Origin: Candidatus Lachnoclostridium stercorigallinarum
Lineage (GTDB): Bacteria > Bacillota > Clostridia > Lachnospirales > Lachnospiraceae
NCBI GenBank assembly: GCA_019116745.1
Contig: DXBC01000121.1
Location: 10,953 to 74,952 of the forward strand
Direction of reading: 5' to 3'
Length of the DNA stretch: 64,000 nucleotides
Positions 1 through 10,529 of this stretch are shown here, piece after piece (position 1 is the stretch's first letter; each line of letters opens with the position of its first letter). The position numbers and the translations under genes are program-made. The notes under the pieces were generated by a model, which made no database searches, was not told where the DNA came from, and saw nothing but the letters and a program-made list of their open reading frames with translations.

Positions 1-156
1 GGCAGCGAGCCTCACAAGGCGGCTGTGGTGGGAGACACGGTGGGAGATCCCTTTAAGGATACCTCCGGCCCGTCCATCAACATTCTCATCAAGCTGATGA
101 CCATTGTCTCCCTGGTATTCGCGCCTCTGTTTCTGACGGTGGGACCGCTGTTCTGA
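1..156 (+). CDS. hppA: 3' end of membrane-bound Na+/H+-translocating pyrophosphatase (partial)
   Basis: Frame 1 reads [33 protein letters not shown]...F*; DTVGDPxKDTSGPS is the C-terminal signature of membrane PPases. Confidence 0.93.
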   Translation, partial: GSEPHKAAVVGDTVGDPFKDTSGPSINILIKLMTIVSLVFAPLFLTVGPLF

Positions 157-229
157 CAGGGGGAAAGGACGCCGGATTTTATCTGCGCCGGTGCAGGCGC
201 CGGGTCCGCTGTTCTCTGACCGGATAAAA

Positions 230-276
230 CCGGGTCTCTCCGGAATGATTTTCTTTGGAGAGGCCCGGCTTCTTCT
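230..276 (+). terminator. Probable intrinsic terminator after hppA
   Basis: Inverted repeat ccgggtctctcc (230-241) / ggagaggcccgg (257-268) followed by cttcttctt. Confidence 0.6.
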
Positions 277-297
277 TGGCAGAAAGCCTTGTTTTCC

Positions 298-326
298 TTG
301 AATTTTAGCGGCTTCTATAGTATATT
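298..326 (+). promoter_or_regulatory. Candidate sigma-A promoter for the rfbA operon
   Basis: TTGAAT-17 nt-TATATT in an AT-rich spacer. Confidence 0.5.
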
Positions 327-477
327 TGATGTGTTATATGGCCATTTTGCAGTAATTTCTATGTTTTTGTTAATAATAAAGTAAAAGATACTTAAAGTAT
401 ATTTTACGGTTCTACGTTATGATGATATAGAAAACATACTACGGTGAAAAATAATTCCATATACGGGAGGTACACAT

Positions 478-1371
478 ATGAAAGGAATCATTCTGGCCGG
501 CGGCTCCGGTACCAGACTTTATCCTCTGACGAAGGTGACGTCCAAGCAGCTCCTTCCCATCTATGACAAGCCCATGATCTACTACCCTCTCTCTGTCCTC
601 ATGGACGCGGGAATCCGGGATATTCTGATCATTTCCACTCCTGAGGATACGCCCAGGTTCCAGTCTCTGCTGGGAGACGGCCATCAGTTCGGCATTCAGC
701 TCTCCTACGCGGTGCAGCCCAGCCCCGACGGTCTGGCCCAGGCCTTTATCATCGGCGAGGAGTTTATCGGGGACGACCATGTGGCCATGATCCTGGGAGA
801 CAACATTTTCCAGGGACAGGGATTGAAAAAACGTCTTCGCGCCGCAGCGGCCAAGGAGACGGGAGCCACTGTGTTCGGCTACTACGTGGACGATCCGGAG
901 CGGTTCGGCATCGTGGAGTTTGACGAGAGCGGCAAGGCCATTTCCATCGAGGAGAAGCCGGAGAAGCCGAAGTCCAACTACTGCGTCACCGGCCTGTATT
1001 TCTACGACAACAAGGTGGTGGAGTACGCGAAGAACTTAAAGCCCTCCGCCAGAGGCGAGCTGGAAATCACCGATTTAAACCGGATCTATCTGGAAAACGG
1101 AGAGCTGGACGTGATTCTCCTGGGTCAGGGCTTTACCTGGCTGGATACGGGAACCCATGAATCCCTGGTGGAGGCCACCAACTTTGTGAAGACGGTGGAG
1201 ACCCATCAGCACCGGAAGATTGCCTGCCTGGAGGAGATCGGCTACTTAAACGGCTGGATCACCAAGGAGCAGGTGCTGGAAGCCTACGAGGTACTGAAGA
1301 AAAACCAGTACGGCAAGTACTTAAAGGACGTGCTGGACGGAAAATACGTGGACAAGCTGTCAGGAGAATAA
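478..1371 (+). CDS. rfbA: Glucose-1-phosphate thymidylyltransferase
   Basis: [18 protein letters not shown]...[31 protein letters not shown] motifs; RBS gggagg. Confidence 0.97.
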   Translation: MKGIILAGGSGTRLYPLTKVTSKQLLPIYDKPMIYYPLSVLMDAGIRDILIISTPEDTPRFQSLLGDGHQFGIQLSYAVQPSPDGLAQAFIIGEEFIGDDHVAMILGDNIFQGQGLKKRLRAAAAKETGATVFGYYVDDPERFGIVEFDESGKAISIEEKPEKPKSNYCVTGLYFYDNKVVEYAKNLKPSARGELEITDLNRIYLENGELDVILLGQGFTWLDTGTHESLVEATNFVKTVETHQHRKIACLEEIGYLNGWITKEQVLEAYEVLKKNQYGKYLKDVLDGKYVDKLSGE

Positions 1372-1436
1372 CGGCGGTCCGAAAATAAAGAGAGAACAGG
1401 GCGGCCGTCACGGGCCGCCCGGTGAAGGAGGAAGAC

Positions 1437-2459
1437 ATGAAAATCGTAGTGACAGGCGGAGCCGGATTCATCGGTTCCAATTTTGTAATCCATATGGTAA
1501 AGAAATATCCGGAGCATCAGATCATCAACCTGGATCTTCTGACCTATGCGGGAAACCTGGAGAACCTGACGGAGGTGGAGAACGCCCCCAATTATAAGTT
1601 TATCCGCGGGGATATTGCGGACCGGAAGTTTGTATTTGACCTGTTTGAGACGGAGAAGCCGGATATTATCGTAAACTTTGCGGCGGAGAGCCATGTGGAC
1701 CGCTCCATCGAGGACCCGGAGAGTTTTGTGAGAACCAACGTGATGGGAACCACCACTCTGCTGGACGCCTGCAAGGAGTACGGAATCAAGAGATTCCACC
1801 AGGTATCCACCGATGAGGTGTACGGAGACCTGCCCTTAGACCGCCCGGATCTGTTCTTTACGGAGGAGACGCCGCTGCACACATCCAGCCCCTACTCTTC
1901 CTCCAAGGCCAGCGCAGACCTGTTTGTCATGGCCTACCACAGAACCTTCGGAATTCCGGTGACCATTTCCCGGTGTTCCAACAACTACGGCCCCTACCAG
2001 TTCCCGGAGAAGCTGATCCCCTTAATCATCAGCCGTGCTCTGGCGGACGAGGAGCTGCCGGTATACGGAACGGGAGAGAACGTGAGAGACTGGCTCCATG
2101 TGTCTGATCACTGCGTAGCCATCGACCTGATTCTGGAGAAGGGCCGCGTGGGCGAGGTGTACAACATCGGAGGCCACAATGAGAGAACGAACCTGGAAGT
2201 GGTAAAGACCATCTTAAAGGCCCTGGACAAGCCGGAGAGCCTGATTAAGTTTGTGACGGACCGTCCCGGCCATGACCGGAGATATGCCATCGACCCGACG
2301 AAGATGGAGACGGAGCTGGGCTGGAAGCCTCAGTATGTGTTTGACACGGGCATGAAGCAGACGATCCAGTGGTATCTGGACAACAAGGCATGGTGGGAGC
2401 ACATCATCAACGGTGAGTACACCAGCTATTTTGAGAAAATGTACGGGGAGCGGTTATAA
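1437..2459 (+). CDS. rfbB: dTDP-glucose 4,6-dehydratase
   Basis: VTGGAGFIGSNF, AAESHVDRSI, VSTDEVYG, YSSSK; start moved to ATG 1437 behind aaggagg. Confidence 0.97.
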   Translation: MKIVVTGGAGFIGSNFVIHMVKKYPEHQIINLDLLTYAGNLENLTEVENAPNYKFIRGDIADRKFVFDLFETEKPDIIVNFAAESHVDRSIEDPESFVRTNVMGTTTLLDACKEYGIKRFHQVSTDEVYGDLPLDRPDLFFTEETPLHTSSPYSSSKASADLFVMAYHRTFGIPVTISRCSNNYGPYQFPEKLIPLIISRALADEELPVYGTGENVRDWLHVSDHCVAIDLILEKGRVGEVYNIGGHNERTNLEVVKTILKALDKPESLIKFVTDRPGHDRRYAIDPTKMETELGWKPQYVFDTGMKQTIQWYLDNKAWWEHIINGEYTSYFEKMYGERL

Positions 2460-3301
2460 TGAAAATTCTTGTGACAGGCGTAAACGGCCAGCTGGGCCAT
2501 GACGTGATGAATGAGCTGGCCAAGCGCGGGATCGAGGGCGTGGGAACGGACGTGGACAACATGGACGTCACCGACGCTGCGGCCTGCGAGCGGGTAATAA
2601 AAGAAGTGGGACCTGATGCGGTGATGCACTGCGCCGCATATACTGCAGTAGATGCGGCTGAGGATAATGTGGAGCTGTGCCGGAAAATCAACGGGGAAGG
2701 CACCAGAAACATTGCCGTGGTGTGCAGAGAGCTGGACATTCCCATGATGTATATCAGCACGGACTACGTGTTTGACGGCCAGGGCACCAGGCCCTGGGAG
2801 CCGGACGACGAGAGACACCCCTTAAATGTGTACGGTCAGACCAAATATGAGGGCGAGCTGGCAGTGGAAGAGCTGCTGGAGAAATATTTTACCGTCCGCA
2901 TTGCCTGGGTGTTCGGCGTAAACGGCAAAAACTTTATCAAGACCATGCTTCGTCTGGGAAAGGAGAGGGGAAAGGTCAGCGTGGTAAACGACCAGATCGG
3001 ATCCCCCACCTACACCTATGACCTGGCGAGACTGCTGGTGGATATGATTCAGACGGACAAATACGGCCGCTATCACGCCACCAACGAAGGCCTGTGCAGC
3101 TGGTTTGAGTTTGCCTGCGAGATCTTTAAGCAGGCGGGCATGGACAGCGTGGAGGTGACGCCGGTGACCAGCGCGGAGTATCCGGCAAAGGCAGCCAGAC
3201 CCTTCAACAGCCGCATGAGCAAGGAAAAGCTGACAGAAAATGGTTTCGAGCGTCTTCCGTCCTGGCAGGACGCGCTGGAGAGATACTTGAAACTGATTTA
3301 A
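2459..3301 (+). CDS. rfbD: dTDP-4-dehydrorhamnose reductase
   Basis: GVNGQLG, AAYTAVD, STDYVFDG, YGQTK, DQIGSPT; translationally coupled to rfbB. Confidence 0.96.
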   Translation: MKILVTGVNGQLGHDVMNELAKRGIEGVGTDVDNMDVTDAAACERVIKEVGPDAVMHCAAYTAVDAAEDNVELCRKINGEGTRNIAVVCRELDIPMMYISTDYVFDGQGTRPWEPDDERHPLNVYGQTKYEGELAVEELLEKYFTVRIAWVFGVNGKNFIKTMLRLGKERGKVSVVNDQIGSPTYTYDLARLLVDMIQTDKYGRYHATNEGLCSWFEFACEIFKQAGMDSVEVTPVTSAEYPAKAARPFNSRMSKEKLTENGFERLPSWQDALERYLKLI

Positions 3302-3317
3302 AAGGAGTGACAGAAGC

Positions 3318-4670
3318 ATGGGCAAGTATTTTGGAACAGACGGCTTCCGGGGAGAAGCCAATGTGGATCTGACGGTGGAGCACGCCTACAGAGTGGGCCG
3401 CTTCCTGGGCTGGTATTACGGAAAGAAAAATCCCGGCGAGAAATGCAGGATCGTCATCGGAAAGGATACGAGACGGAGCAGCTATATGTTTGAGTATTCC
3501 CTGGTGGCGGGACTTACGGCTTCAGGAGCGGATGCTTATCTGCTTCACGTGACCACCACTCCCAGCGTTTCCTATGTGGTGCGCACGGAAGGATTTCACT
3601 GCGGCATTATGATTTCCGCCAGTCACAACCCCTACTATGACAACGGCATCAAGGTGATCAACGAGAGAGGGGAAAAGCTGGAAGAGAGCGTGATCGAGGA
3701 GATTGAAAAGTACCTGGACGGCGAGATGGAGGAGATTCCCTTCGCCACCAAGGATGACATCGGAAAGACAGTGGATTTTGCCGCAGGCAGAAACCGCTAC
3801 ATCGGCTATCTGATCTCCATTGCCACCCGCTCTTTTAAGAACAGGAAGGTGGCCCTGGACTGCGCCAACGGAAGCGCCTCCGCCATTGCAAAGAGCGTGT
3901 TTGACGCCCTGGGAGCGGAGACCCATGTGATCAACAACGAACCCAACGGCCTGAATATCAATACGAACTGCGGATCCACTCACATTGAGGGCCTGCAGAA
4001 GTACGTGGTGGAGAAGGGCTGCGACGTGGGCTTTGCCTACGACGGAGACGCGGACCGCTGCCTGGCGGTGGACTGCAGCGGCAATCTGGTGGACGGCGAC
4101 CTGATCATGTACATATGCGGAAAGTACATGAAGGAGCAGGGAGCCCTGGTGGGAAATAAGATCGTCACCACCATCATGTCCAACTTCGGCCTGTACAAAG
4201 CCCTGGACCGGGAAGGAATCGGCTACGAGAAGACGGCGGTGGGCGACAAGTACGTATATGAGAATATGTCTCAGAACGGCTACTGCCTGGGAGGCGAGCA
4301 GTCGGGACATATTATTTTCAGCAAGAACGCCACCACAGGAGACGGGATTCTCACCTCTTTAAAGGTGATGGAAGTGATGCTGGAGAAAAAACAGCCCCTG
4401 GATAAGCTGGCGGCTGAAGTTGAGATCTATCCTCAGGTACTGAAAAACGTGCGGGTAAAGGATAAGAAGACGGCCCAGGAGGACGCAGACGTTCAGGCGG
4501 AGGTGTCAAAGGTGACAGAGGCCCTGGGAGACGACGGCCGGATCCTGCTGCGCCAGTCGGGAACTGAGCCGGTGGTGCGGGTGATGGTGGAAGCGCCGGA
4601 TCACGACACCTGTGAAAAGTATGTGGATCAGGTGATTGAGGTCATGAAAAAGAAAGGCCATGTATTATAA
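3318..4670 (+). CDS. glmM: Phosphoglucosamine mutase
   Basis: KYFGTDG, MISASHNP, DGDADR, GGEQSGH, RQSGTEP motifs. Confidence 0.95.
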   Translation: MGKYFGTDGFRGEANVDLTVEHAYRVGRFLGWYYGKKNPGEKCRIVIGKDTRRSSYMFEYSLVAGLTASGADAYLLHVTTTPSVSYVVRTEGFHCGIMISASHNPYYDNGIKVINERGEKLEESVIEEIEKYLDGEMEEIPFATKDDIGKTVDFAAGRNRYIGYLISIATRSFKNRKVALDCANGSASAIAKSVFDALGAETHVINNEPNGLNINTNCGSTHIEGLQKYVVEKGCDVGFAYDGDADRCLAVDCSGNLVDGDLIMYICGKYMKEQGALVGNKIVTTIMSNFGLYKALDREGIGYEKTAVGDKYVYENMSQNGYCLGGEQSGHIIFSKNATTGDGILTSLKVMEVMLEKKQPLDKLAAEVEIYPQVLKNVRVKDKKTAQEDADVQAEVSKVTEALGDDGRILLRQSGTEPVVRVMVEAPDHDTCEKYVDQVIEVMKKKGHVL

Positions 4671-4766
4671 AACAGGCTGTGTGATCAGAAAGGCCGTCTG
4701 CGAAAAGCAGGCGGAACAGGGACCGGTCTGCCGCGGCAGGCAATAAGAACGAGGAGAACATAACAG

Positions 4767-5870
4767 ATGAAAAAATATGATTATGTGCTGGTGGGAGCCG
4801 GACTGTACAGCGGCGTGTTCGCTTATCTGGCGGCAAAGCAGGGAAAGAAATGTCTGGTAGTGGAGCGCAGAAACCATCTGGGAGGAAATGTGTACTGTGA
4901 GGACATCGAGGGAATCCACGTGCACAAGTACGGCGCTCACATTTTTCACACCAGCAACCGGAAAGTCTGGGATTTTGTCAATCAGCTGGCAGAGTTTAAC
5001 CGGTATACCAACAGCCCCATGGCCAATTTCAAGGGGCAGATGTACAATATGCCCTTCAATATGAATACTTTCAGCAAAATGTGGGGAATTTCCACTCCGG
5101 CCCAGGCCCGTTCCATCATTGAAGAGCAGAGAAAGGGCATCCAGGGAGAGCCGAAGAACCTGGAAGAGCAGGCCATCAGCCTGGTGGGCATGGATATCTA
5201 CCGCAAGCTGGTAAAGGGATACACGGAAAAACAGTGGGGCCGGGAGTGCAGGGATCTGCCCGCGTTTATCATCAAGCGCCTTCCCGTTCGCTACACTTAC
5301 GACAACAACTATTTCAACGACCGCTACCAGGGAATTCCCATGGGCGGCTACAACGTGATCATAGAGAAGCTCTTTGAAAACTGCGACGTGGAGCTGGAAA
5401 AGGATTATCTGAAGGATAAGGAGCACTACGACAGTCTGGGAGAGAAAGTGATCTACACCGGCACCATTGACGGGTATTTCGATTACTGCTACGGAAAGCT
5501 GGAGTACCGGAGCCTGCGCTTTGAGACGGAGGTAAAGGACACGGACAATTACCAGGGCGTGGCCGTGGTAAACTACACCGACCGGGAAACTCCCTACACC
5601 AGAATCATTGAGCACAAGCATTTTGAGTTCGGAACTCAGGAGAAGACGGTGATCACCAGAGAATATCCCGTGACCTGGAAGGAAGGCATGGAGCCTTACT
5701 ATCCGGTAAACGACGAGAAAAATCAGGCTCTCTACCAGAAATACGCGGAGCTGGCGGCCGGGGAAACCAACGTGCTGTTCGGCGGAAGGCTGGGCGAGTA
5801 TAAATACTACGACATGGACAAAGTGATCGAGTCCGCCATGAACGCGGCGGAGCGGGAACTGGGGATGTAA
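4767..5870 (+). CDS. glf: UDP-galactopyranose mutase
   Basis: GAGLYSG FAD motif, HKYGAHIFHT, YFNDRYQG, EPYYP, GRLGEYKYYDMD. Confidence 0.97.
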   Translation: MKKYDYVLVGAGLYSGVFAYLAAKQGKKCLVVERRNHLGGNVYCEDIEGIHVHKYGAHIFHTSNRKVWDFVNQLAEFNRYTNSPMANFKGQMYNMPFNMNTFSKMWGISTPAQARSIIEEQRKGIQGEPKNLEEQAISLVGMDIYRKLVKGYTEKQWGRECRDLPAFIIKRLPVRYTYDNNYFNDRYQGIPMGGYNVIIEKLFENCDVELEKDYLKDKEHYDSLGEKVIYTGTIDGYFDYCYGKLEYRSLRFETEVKDTDNYQGVAVVNYTDRETPYTRIIEHKHFEFGTQEKTVITREYPVTWKEGMEPYYPVNDEKNQALYQKYAELAAGETNVLFGGRLGEYKYYDMDKVIESAMNAAERELGM

Positions 5871-5876
5871 TAAGAG

Positions 5877-5916
5877 AAGGATGGAAAATCGCGGGAGCGA
5901 TTTTCCATCCTTTTTT
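5877..5916. terminator. Bidirectional terminator between convergent glf and the cytidylyltransferase-PLP fusion
   Basis: Perfect 16 bp stem aaggatggaaaatcgc / gcgattttccatcctt, 4 nt loop, T-tract. Confidence 0.85.
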
Positions 5917-5922
5917 GTCTGC

Positions 5923-7785
5923 TCAGCCTTTCGCCATAATTTCCCTCAGCGCCTCTGTCAGCCGCGTATCGTCTGCCTGATTGCGGACGGCGATGCGGAT
6001 AAACTGGCGGTCTCCCGGGATCTTGGAGGAAAGATCCTTGATCAGGATGTTGAAGCGGTTTAAGAGCTGCTCCGTCAGCCATCTGGAAGAGCAGTCGGTC
6101 AGCTCCGCCATCAGGTAGTTGGCCTGGGAGGGAAGGACGCGGATTCCGGGAATGGTTTCCAGGTCTGCGGCAAACCGGCTCCGCTCCGCCTGCAGGAGCT
6201 TTAAGGAGGCGGCGTAGTCTTTCCGGTATTTCTCCTCGATCTGGAGGTAGAACTCTGCCAGGGAGTTGATGTTCCAGATGGCCACTTCTTTTTTCAGGAA
6301 GGCGATCAGCTCTCTGTCTCCGCTGGCGGCGATTCCCAGGCGCAGGCCGGGAACTCCGTAGGATTTGGAAATGCTTTTTACCACGGTCATGTGAGGATAT
6401 TCGTCCAGGAGAGCCTCATCAAGGATGGTGCCGGCTCCTGCCGGGGAGACATTCCGGCCGTCTGCCGGGTCATTTTCCTCCGTCTGTTCCGATGCAAAGT
6501 CGATAAAGGATTCATCCACGATCAGCCGGATGCCCCGCTCCTTTGTCCAGGCGGCCAGCCGGAGAATATCGCGCTTTGGAATATAGTTTCCGGAAGGATT
6601 GTCCGGATTGATGATCACCAGGTTTTTGATGTCCGTATTTCCGAAGAAATCCATGATGTCGTCGGCGCCGTACCGGAAATCCCCGTCGGCGGGGTTCATG
6701 ACCACCACGTCTTCTTTATCGCGGCGGTTGGCGTATTCCTCAAAGGTGGGCCGGATCACGCCCATTTTTCCGTCCATTCTTTCCACCAGGAGCTTGATCA
6801 GCTCTGCGGCGCCGTTTCCGGGGACGATCTGGTCCTGGCGGATGCCGAAGTTTCTGCCGGCCAGCAGGGAGTTGACGTACATGCCGGAGGGATACTGGCA
6901 GATCAGGCTGTCAAAGTTGGCCTTCATTTCCTCCAGCATCTTTTTCGGCGGGTAATAGCAGTTGACCAGATAGCAGAAATCCAGCATTTTCGGATACCGC
7001 CAGTAGCCGCCGTACCGTCTCTGGATCAGGGAGAGGCGGTCCTTATCCTCTGCAAACAGGGACTCGGCGATGTCCAGATCCTGGATGTCGTCGATTTCAT
7101 ACCATTTCTGGGAGTCATCCAGCCGCTTTGCCTTGATGCCGGGGTTGTCCAGCATGACGATCACCTTGAGAACCTGCTCGTAGTATTCGTTGTTGCCCAG
7201 GGCCTTTGTGTAGGCTTCCAGGAAGGGCACGTAGTGGGTGGCGGAGAAGGAACGGCTGAATTTGTACAGGTTTACAGTCTTATAATAATCGCCGGTGTCG
7301 CGGAAGGAGAACTTGCTTCCCGGGATCATGGCCTCAATGTCGTCGTTTTCGGACAGCTTTACGCAGGTGCCGTCCATCCAGGACTCGTATTTGGCCACCA
7401 GTGCCAGGCTCTCCCGCTCATCCTCCACCAGGCAGCGGAGCACGGAGTCCTCGAAAATAATGTCGGATTCCAGCAGCAGAGTGTCCTCCGCCACCAGATA
7501 TTCGCTGGCCAGAGCCAGGGAGTAAATGTTGTTGGTCTTGTCATATATGGGATTGTCAATAAAGCAGACGGGAGTTTTCACATCCAGAGCGGCGATGTGG
7601 TCCCGCAGCTTCTGACCTTCATATCCGGTGACAATGATGATTCTGGACAGATCCAGGCTGTCCAGCTGGCGAAGAGTCCTGTTGATCAGGGGGACGCCGT
7701 TAACCTTTACCATACATTTGGTATTGTTGCGGGTGAGCTGTTTTAAGCGTTTTCCCATGCCTGCGGCTAAAATGATTGCTTGCAT
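5923..7785 (-). CDS. LicC-like NTP (cytidylyl)transferase fused to a class I/II PLP enzyme (HisC/CobD-like)
   Basis: N-terminal AIILAAGMGKRL...TKCMV, WYEIDD; C-terminal GNGAAE, INPDNPSG, VDESF, KSISKSYGVPGLRLG (PLP Lys). Confidence 0.88.
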   Translation of the reverse strand: MQAIILAAGMGKRLKQLTRNNTKCMVKVNGVPLINRTLRQLDSLDLSRIIIVTGYEGQKLRDHIAALDVKTPVCFIDNPIYDKTNNIYSLALASEYLVAEDTLLLESDIIFEDSVLRCLVEDERESLALVAKYESWMDGTCVKLSENDDIEAMIPGSKFSFRDTGDYYKTVNLYKFSRSFSATHYVPFLEAYTKALGNNEYYEQVLKVIVMLDNPGIKAKRLDDSQKWYEIDDIQDLDIAESLFAEDKDRLSLIQRRYGGYWRYPKMLDFCYLVNCYYPPKKMLEEMKANFDSLICQYPSGMYVNSLLAGRNFGIRQDQIVPGNGAAELIKLLVERMDGKMGVIRPTFEEYANRRDKEDVVVMNPADGDFRYGADDIMDFFGNTDIKNLVIINPDNPSGNYIPKRDILRLAAWTKERGIRLIVDESFIDFASEQTEENDPADGRNVSPAGAGTILDEALLDEYPHMTVVKSISKSYGVPGLRLGIAASGDRELIAFLKKEVAIWNINSLAEFYLQIEEKYRKDYAASLKLLQAERSRFAADLETIPGIRVLPSQANYLMAELTDCSSRWLTEQLLNRFNILIKDLSSKIPGDRQFIRIAVRNQADDTRLTEALREIMAKG

Positions 7786-7828
7786 GATTGATCTCCTGTG
7801 ATTGATTTATTTTCGCGGTCGGAAATCC

Positions 7829-7884
7829 GGCGGGCGCGGTTTTCCATCTGCCTGGCGGGCGCGGTTTTCCATCTGCCCGGCGGG
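7829..7884. repeat. 25 bp tandem repeat, about 2.2 copies
   Basis: ggcgggcgcggttttccatctgcc(t/c) at 7829-7853 and 7854-7878, then ggcggg. Confidence 0.9.
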
Positions 7885-7886
7885 GG

Positions 7887-8810
7887 TCAGTTCTGAAATC
7901 CCGATCCCGGCGGATAGCGGCGGTCCATGCCGCCCGGTTTTTTCCCGATTCCCAGGAGCACATCCCGGTAAATCTTCATCCGGTAGCGGCGCTCTGCCTT
8001 TTTGCTGCCAAACAGGGACAGCAGGCCGTCGATGGCGATGTGGGCCAGGTGATTGAGCCGGATGTAGGCCAGATAGGCGGCCGGACAGGAGGAATAGGTC
8101 AGGCCGATGTCGATGGCGTTGCGGAATCCGTAGAAGTTCTTCCAGGAAACGGCAGGCGCTTTTTCCGGCGGAGCCGTCCGGTGATCCAGCTCTGCGTTGC
8201 AGACGTTCAGAATCCTGGTGTACTTCCGGAAGCGGAGGCAGTACTCCGTGTCGTCAAACCAGATGAAATATCTGGCTTTGGGAAGCCCGATCTTCCGGAT
8301 CAGGGAGACCTTTAACACCAGTCCGCAGAAGGTGCTCACATCGTAGAGAAAGGTCTCGTTTTCATAGGCGGTCTCCGGCACCGGGGTGTAAAACATCAGA
8401 CAGCGGTTGGTCAGCAGACGGCGGTGGGAAGTGTCAATGACGCCGCCGGTTTTCACTGTGCCGGAGTAGGCCAGGTACCGGTTTCCGGTAATGGCGTGCT
8501 GAATCTCTTCCATATATCGGGACTCGATCATGGCGTCGTCGTCAATGATGAGAACCCAGTCGCAGTCGCCGGCTGCGATTTCCTTCAGTCCTCTGGCGAA
8601 GCCGCCGGCTCCGCCGATATTTTCCGGCAGATGGAGAACGGTCAGCTCCGGATACTCCAAGCTGTCCAGATATTGGGCGGTGCCGTCGGTGCTGTGGTTG
8701 TCCACCACCAGAATCCGGTGGAAGGGAACGGTCTGGGAAAAGACATTCATCAGACATTCCCGCAGCAGGGCCAGACGGTTGTAAGTTACAATAATCACTC
8801 CGAATTTCAC
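7887..8810 (-). CDS. GT2 glycosyltransferase, GlfT1-like (possible galactofuranosyltransferase)
   Basis: IIVTYNR, DNHSTDGT, NIGGAGGF, IIDDD, FIWFDDTEY; likely start GTG at 8810 behind aggagg (the 9197 start overlaps the flippase). Confidence 0.85.
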   Translation of the reverse strand: MKFGVIIVTYNRLALLRECLMNVFSQTVPFHRILVVDNHSTDGTAQYLDSLEYPELTVLHLPENIGGAGGFARGLKEIAAGDCDWVLIIDDDAMIESRYMEEIQHAITGNRYLAYSGTVKTGGVIDTSHRRLLTNRCLMFYTPVPETAYENETFLYDVSTFCGLVLKVSLIRKIGLPKARYFIWFDDTEYCLRFRKYTRILNVCNAELDHRTAPPEKAPAVSWKNFYGFRNAIDIGLTYSSCPAAYLAYIRLNHLAHIAIDGLLSLFGSKKAERRYRMKIYRDVLLGIGKKPGGMDRRYPPGSGFQN

Positions 8811-8948
8811 GTCAATTCCTCCTGAATCAGTACTCACAATTATAAGCGATTTGCGGGTGTATGTCAAACCGGCGCCCGCCCGTTGCGCCGCCGGCGGGAT
8901 TGTGATAAAATCGGATTTAACTGATTTGGAAAGGAACGGAAAACTCCC

Positions 8949-10424
8949 ATGTTTGGCAGGAAAAAGAGGAAGGATTACGACGGCGCTGCGCCCAGTATCC
9001 GGGAAAACTACACCTACAATCTGCTGTATCAGATACTCACCCTGATCACTCCCTTTATCACCACCCCCTACATCGCCAGGGTGCTGGGGACCAACGGGGT
9101 GGGAATCCAGAGCTATACCAGTTCGGTGGTGCAGTATTTCTCCATTCTGGCGGCCCTGGGAACGGCCTCCTACGGACAGCGGGAGATTGCCAGGCATCGG
9201 GATGACAGGAAAGAAAGGAGCCGGGTGTTCTGGGAAATTGAGCTGCTGTGCGCCGGCACCACGGCTCTGTGCCTGGTGGTCTGGCTGGGAGTGATCGCTT
9301 TTTCAAAGGCTTACGCCCCCTACTATGCGGCTCTGACCATGACGCTGGCGGCGGTGGCCTTTGACATTTCCTGGATGTTCGGGGGGATGGAGCAGTACCG
9401 CCTCATTGTGATCCGCAATACGGTGATCAAGCTGACGGGAATCGCCCTGATGTTTCTGTTTGTGAAGGACAGCGGGGATCTCCTGCTGTATATTGCCCTG
9501 CTGGCGGCCACCGGCCTGCTGGGAAACATTTCCATGTGGGGATATCTGGGACAGTTTGTGGATCCGGTGGATATCCGTTCCCTGCGGATCCGCCGTCATC
9601 TGAAGGAAGTGATCGTATACTTTATTCCCACCATAGCCACGTCGGTGTACACCATCCTGGACAAGACTATGATCGGCTGGTTTTCCGGCAGCGACAAGTC
9701 GGAAAACGGCTATTATGAGTACGCTACCGGATTTGTAAACATGGCGAAGATTCTGATTATCTCCTTTAATGCGGTGATGTCCGCCAGAATGTCCTATCTG
9801 TTCGGCGCGGGCCGGCAGGAGGAGGTGAGGGAGAGAATCGGCGGTTCCGTGGATTTTGTCCTGCTTCTGGGCCTGCCCATCACCTTCGGGCTGGCGGGAA
9901 TCGCCTCCTGCTTTGTGCCCTGGTTTCTGGGAACGGAGTACGATCCGGTGATCCGCCTGCTGTGGCTGTGCAGCCCCCTGGTCCTCATTGTGGGGTTCAG
10001 TGACTGCATGGGAAGTCAGATTCTCACTCCCTGCGGAAAGCGGGCCCAGAGCGCGAAGGTGATTGTGGCCGGGGCCTGTGCCAACGGAGCCATGAACCTG
10101 ATGCTGATTCCCCGGTTTGGGGCTATGGGCGCGGCGGCGGCCTCCGTGCTGGCAGAGACTATGATCACCGGTCTGTATTTCAGGCTGTGCCGGGGATATA
10201 TTTCCCCGAGGATGGTAGTCCGCTGCGGATGGAAACGGCTGCTGGCCGCTCTGGTGATGCTGGCGGCGGTGCTGGTTCTGGGCCGGAACCTGGGGGCCGG
10301 GCCGGTCACCACCTTTCTCCAGATCGGCGGCGGGGCGGTGGTGTACTTCCTGGCGCTGCTGGTTATGAGGGATCGGACGGTGTTTGATCAGCTGCGGGGG
10401 CTGATTAAGAAGGTGCTGGGATAG
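8949..10424 (+). CDS. Wzx/MOP-family polysaccharide flippase
   Basis: NY.YNLLYQIL...PFITTPYIARVLG..G.G, YGQREIA, LDKTMIG; many hydrophobic segments. Confidence 0.9.
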   Translation: MFGRKKRKDYDGAAPSIRENYTYNLLYQILTLITPFITTPYIARVLGTNGVGIQSYTSSVVQYFSILAALGTASYGQREIARHRDDRKERSRVFWEIELLCAGTTALCLVVWLGVIAFSKAYAPYYAALTMTLAAVAFDISWMFGGMEQYRLIVIRNTVIKLTGIALMFLFVKDSGDLLLYIALLAATGLLGNISMWGYLGQFVDPVDIRSLRIRRHLKEVIVYFIPTIATSVYTILDKTMIGWFSGSDKSENGYYEYATGFVNMAKILIISFNAVMSARMSYLFGAGRQEEVRERIGGSVDFVLLLGLPITFGLAGIASCFVPWFLGTEYDPVIRLLWLCSPLVLIVGFSDCMGSQILTPCGKRAQSAKVIVAGACANGAMNLMLIPRFGAMGAAAASVLAETMITGLYFRLCRGYISPRMVVRCGWKRLLAALVMLAAVLVLGRNLGAGPVTTFLQIGGGAVVYFLALLVMRDRTVFDQLRGLIKKVLG

Positions 10425-10529
10425 AGTGCGGGTCCGGGACAGAGAAAGTGCGCGCCAGGCGCGCAGAAAAGCGCCGGGCCAAAGAAAACCGCGCCCGGCA
10501 CATTTTAGAGAGAGGAACAGGGATCATCG

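Noticed and set aside
8811-9197. N-terminal 128 aa of the 436 aa minus-strand ORF
   Set aside because: It overlaps the flippase start; a GTG with aggagg RBS at 8810 gives a normal-length GT2
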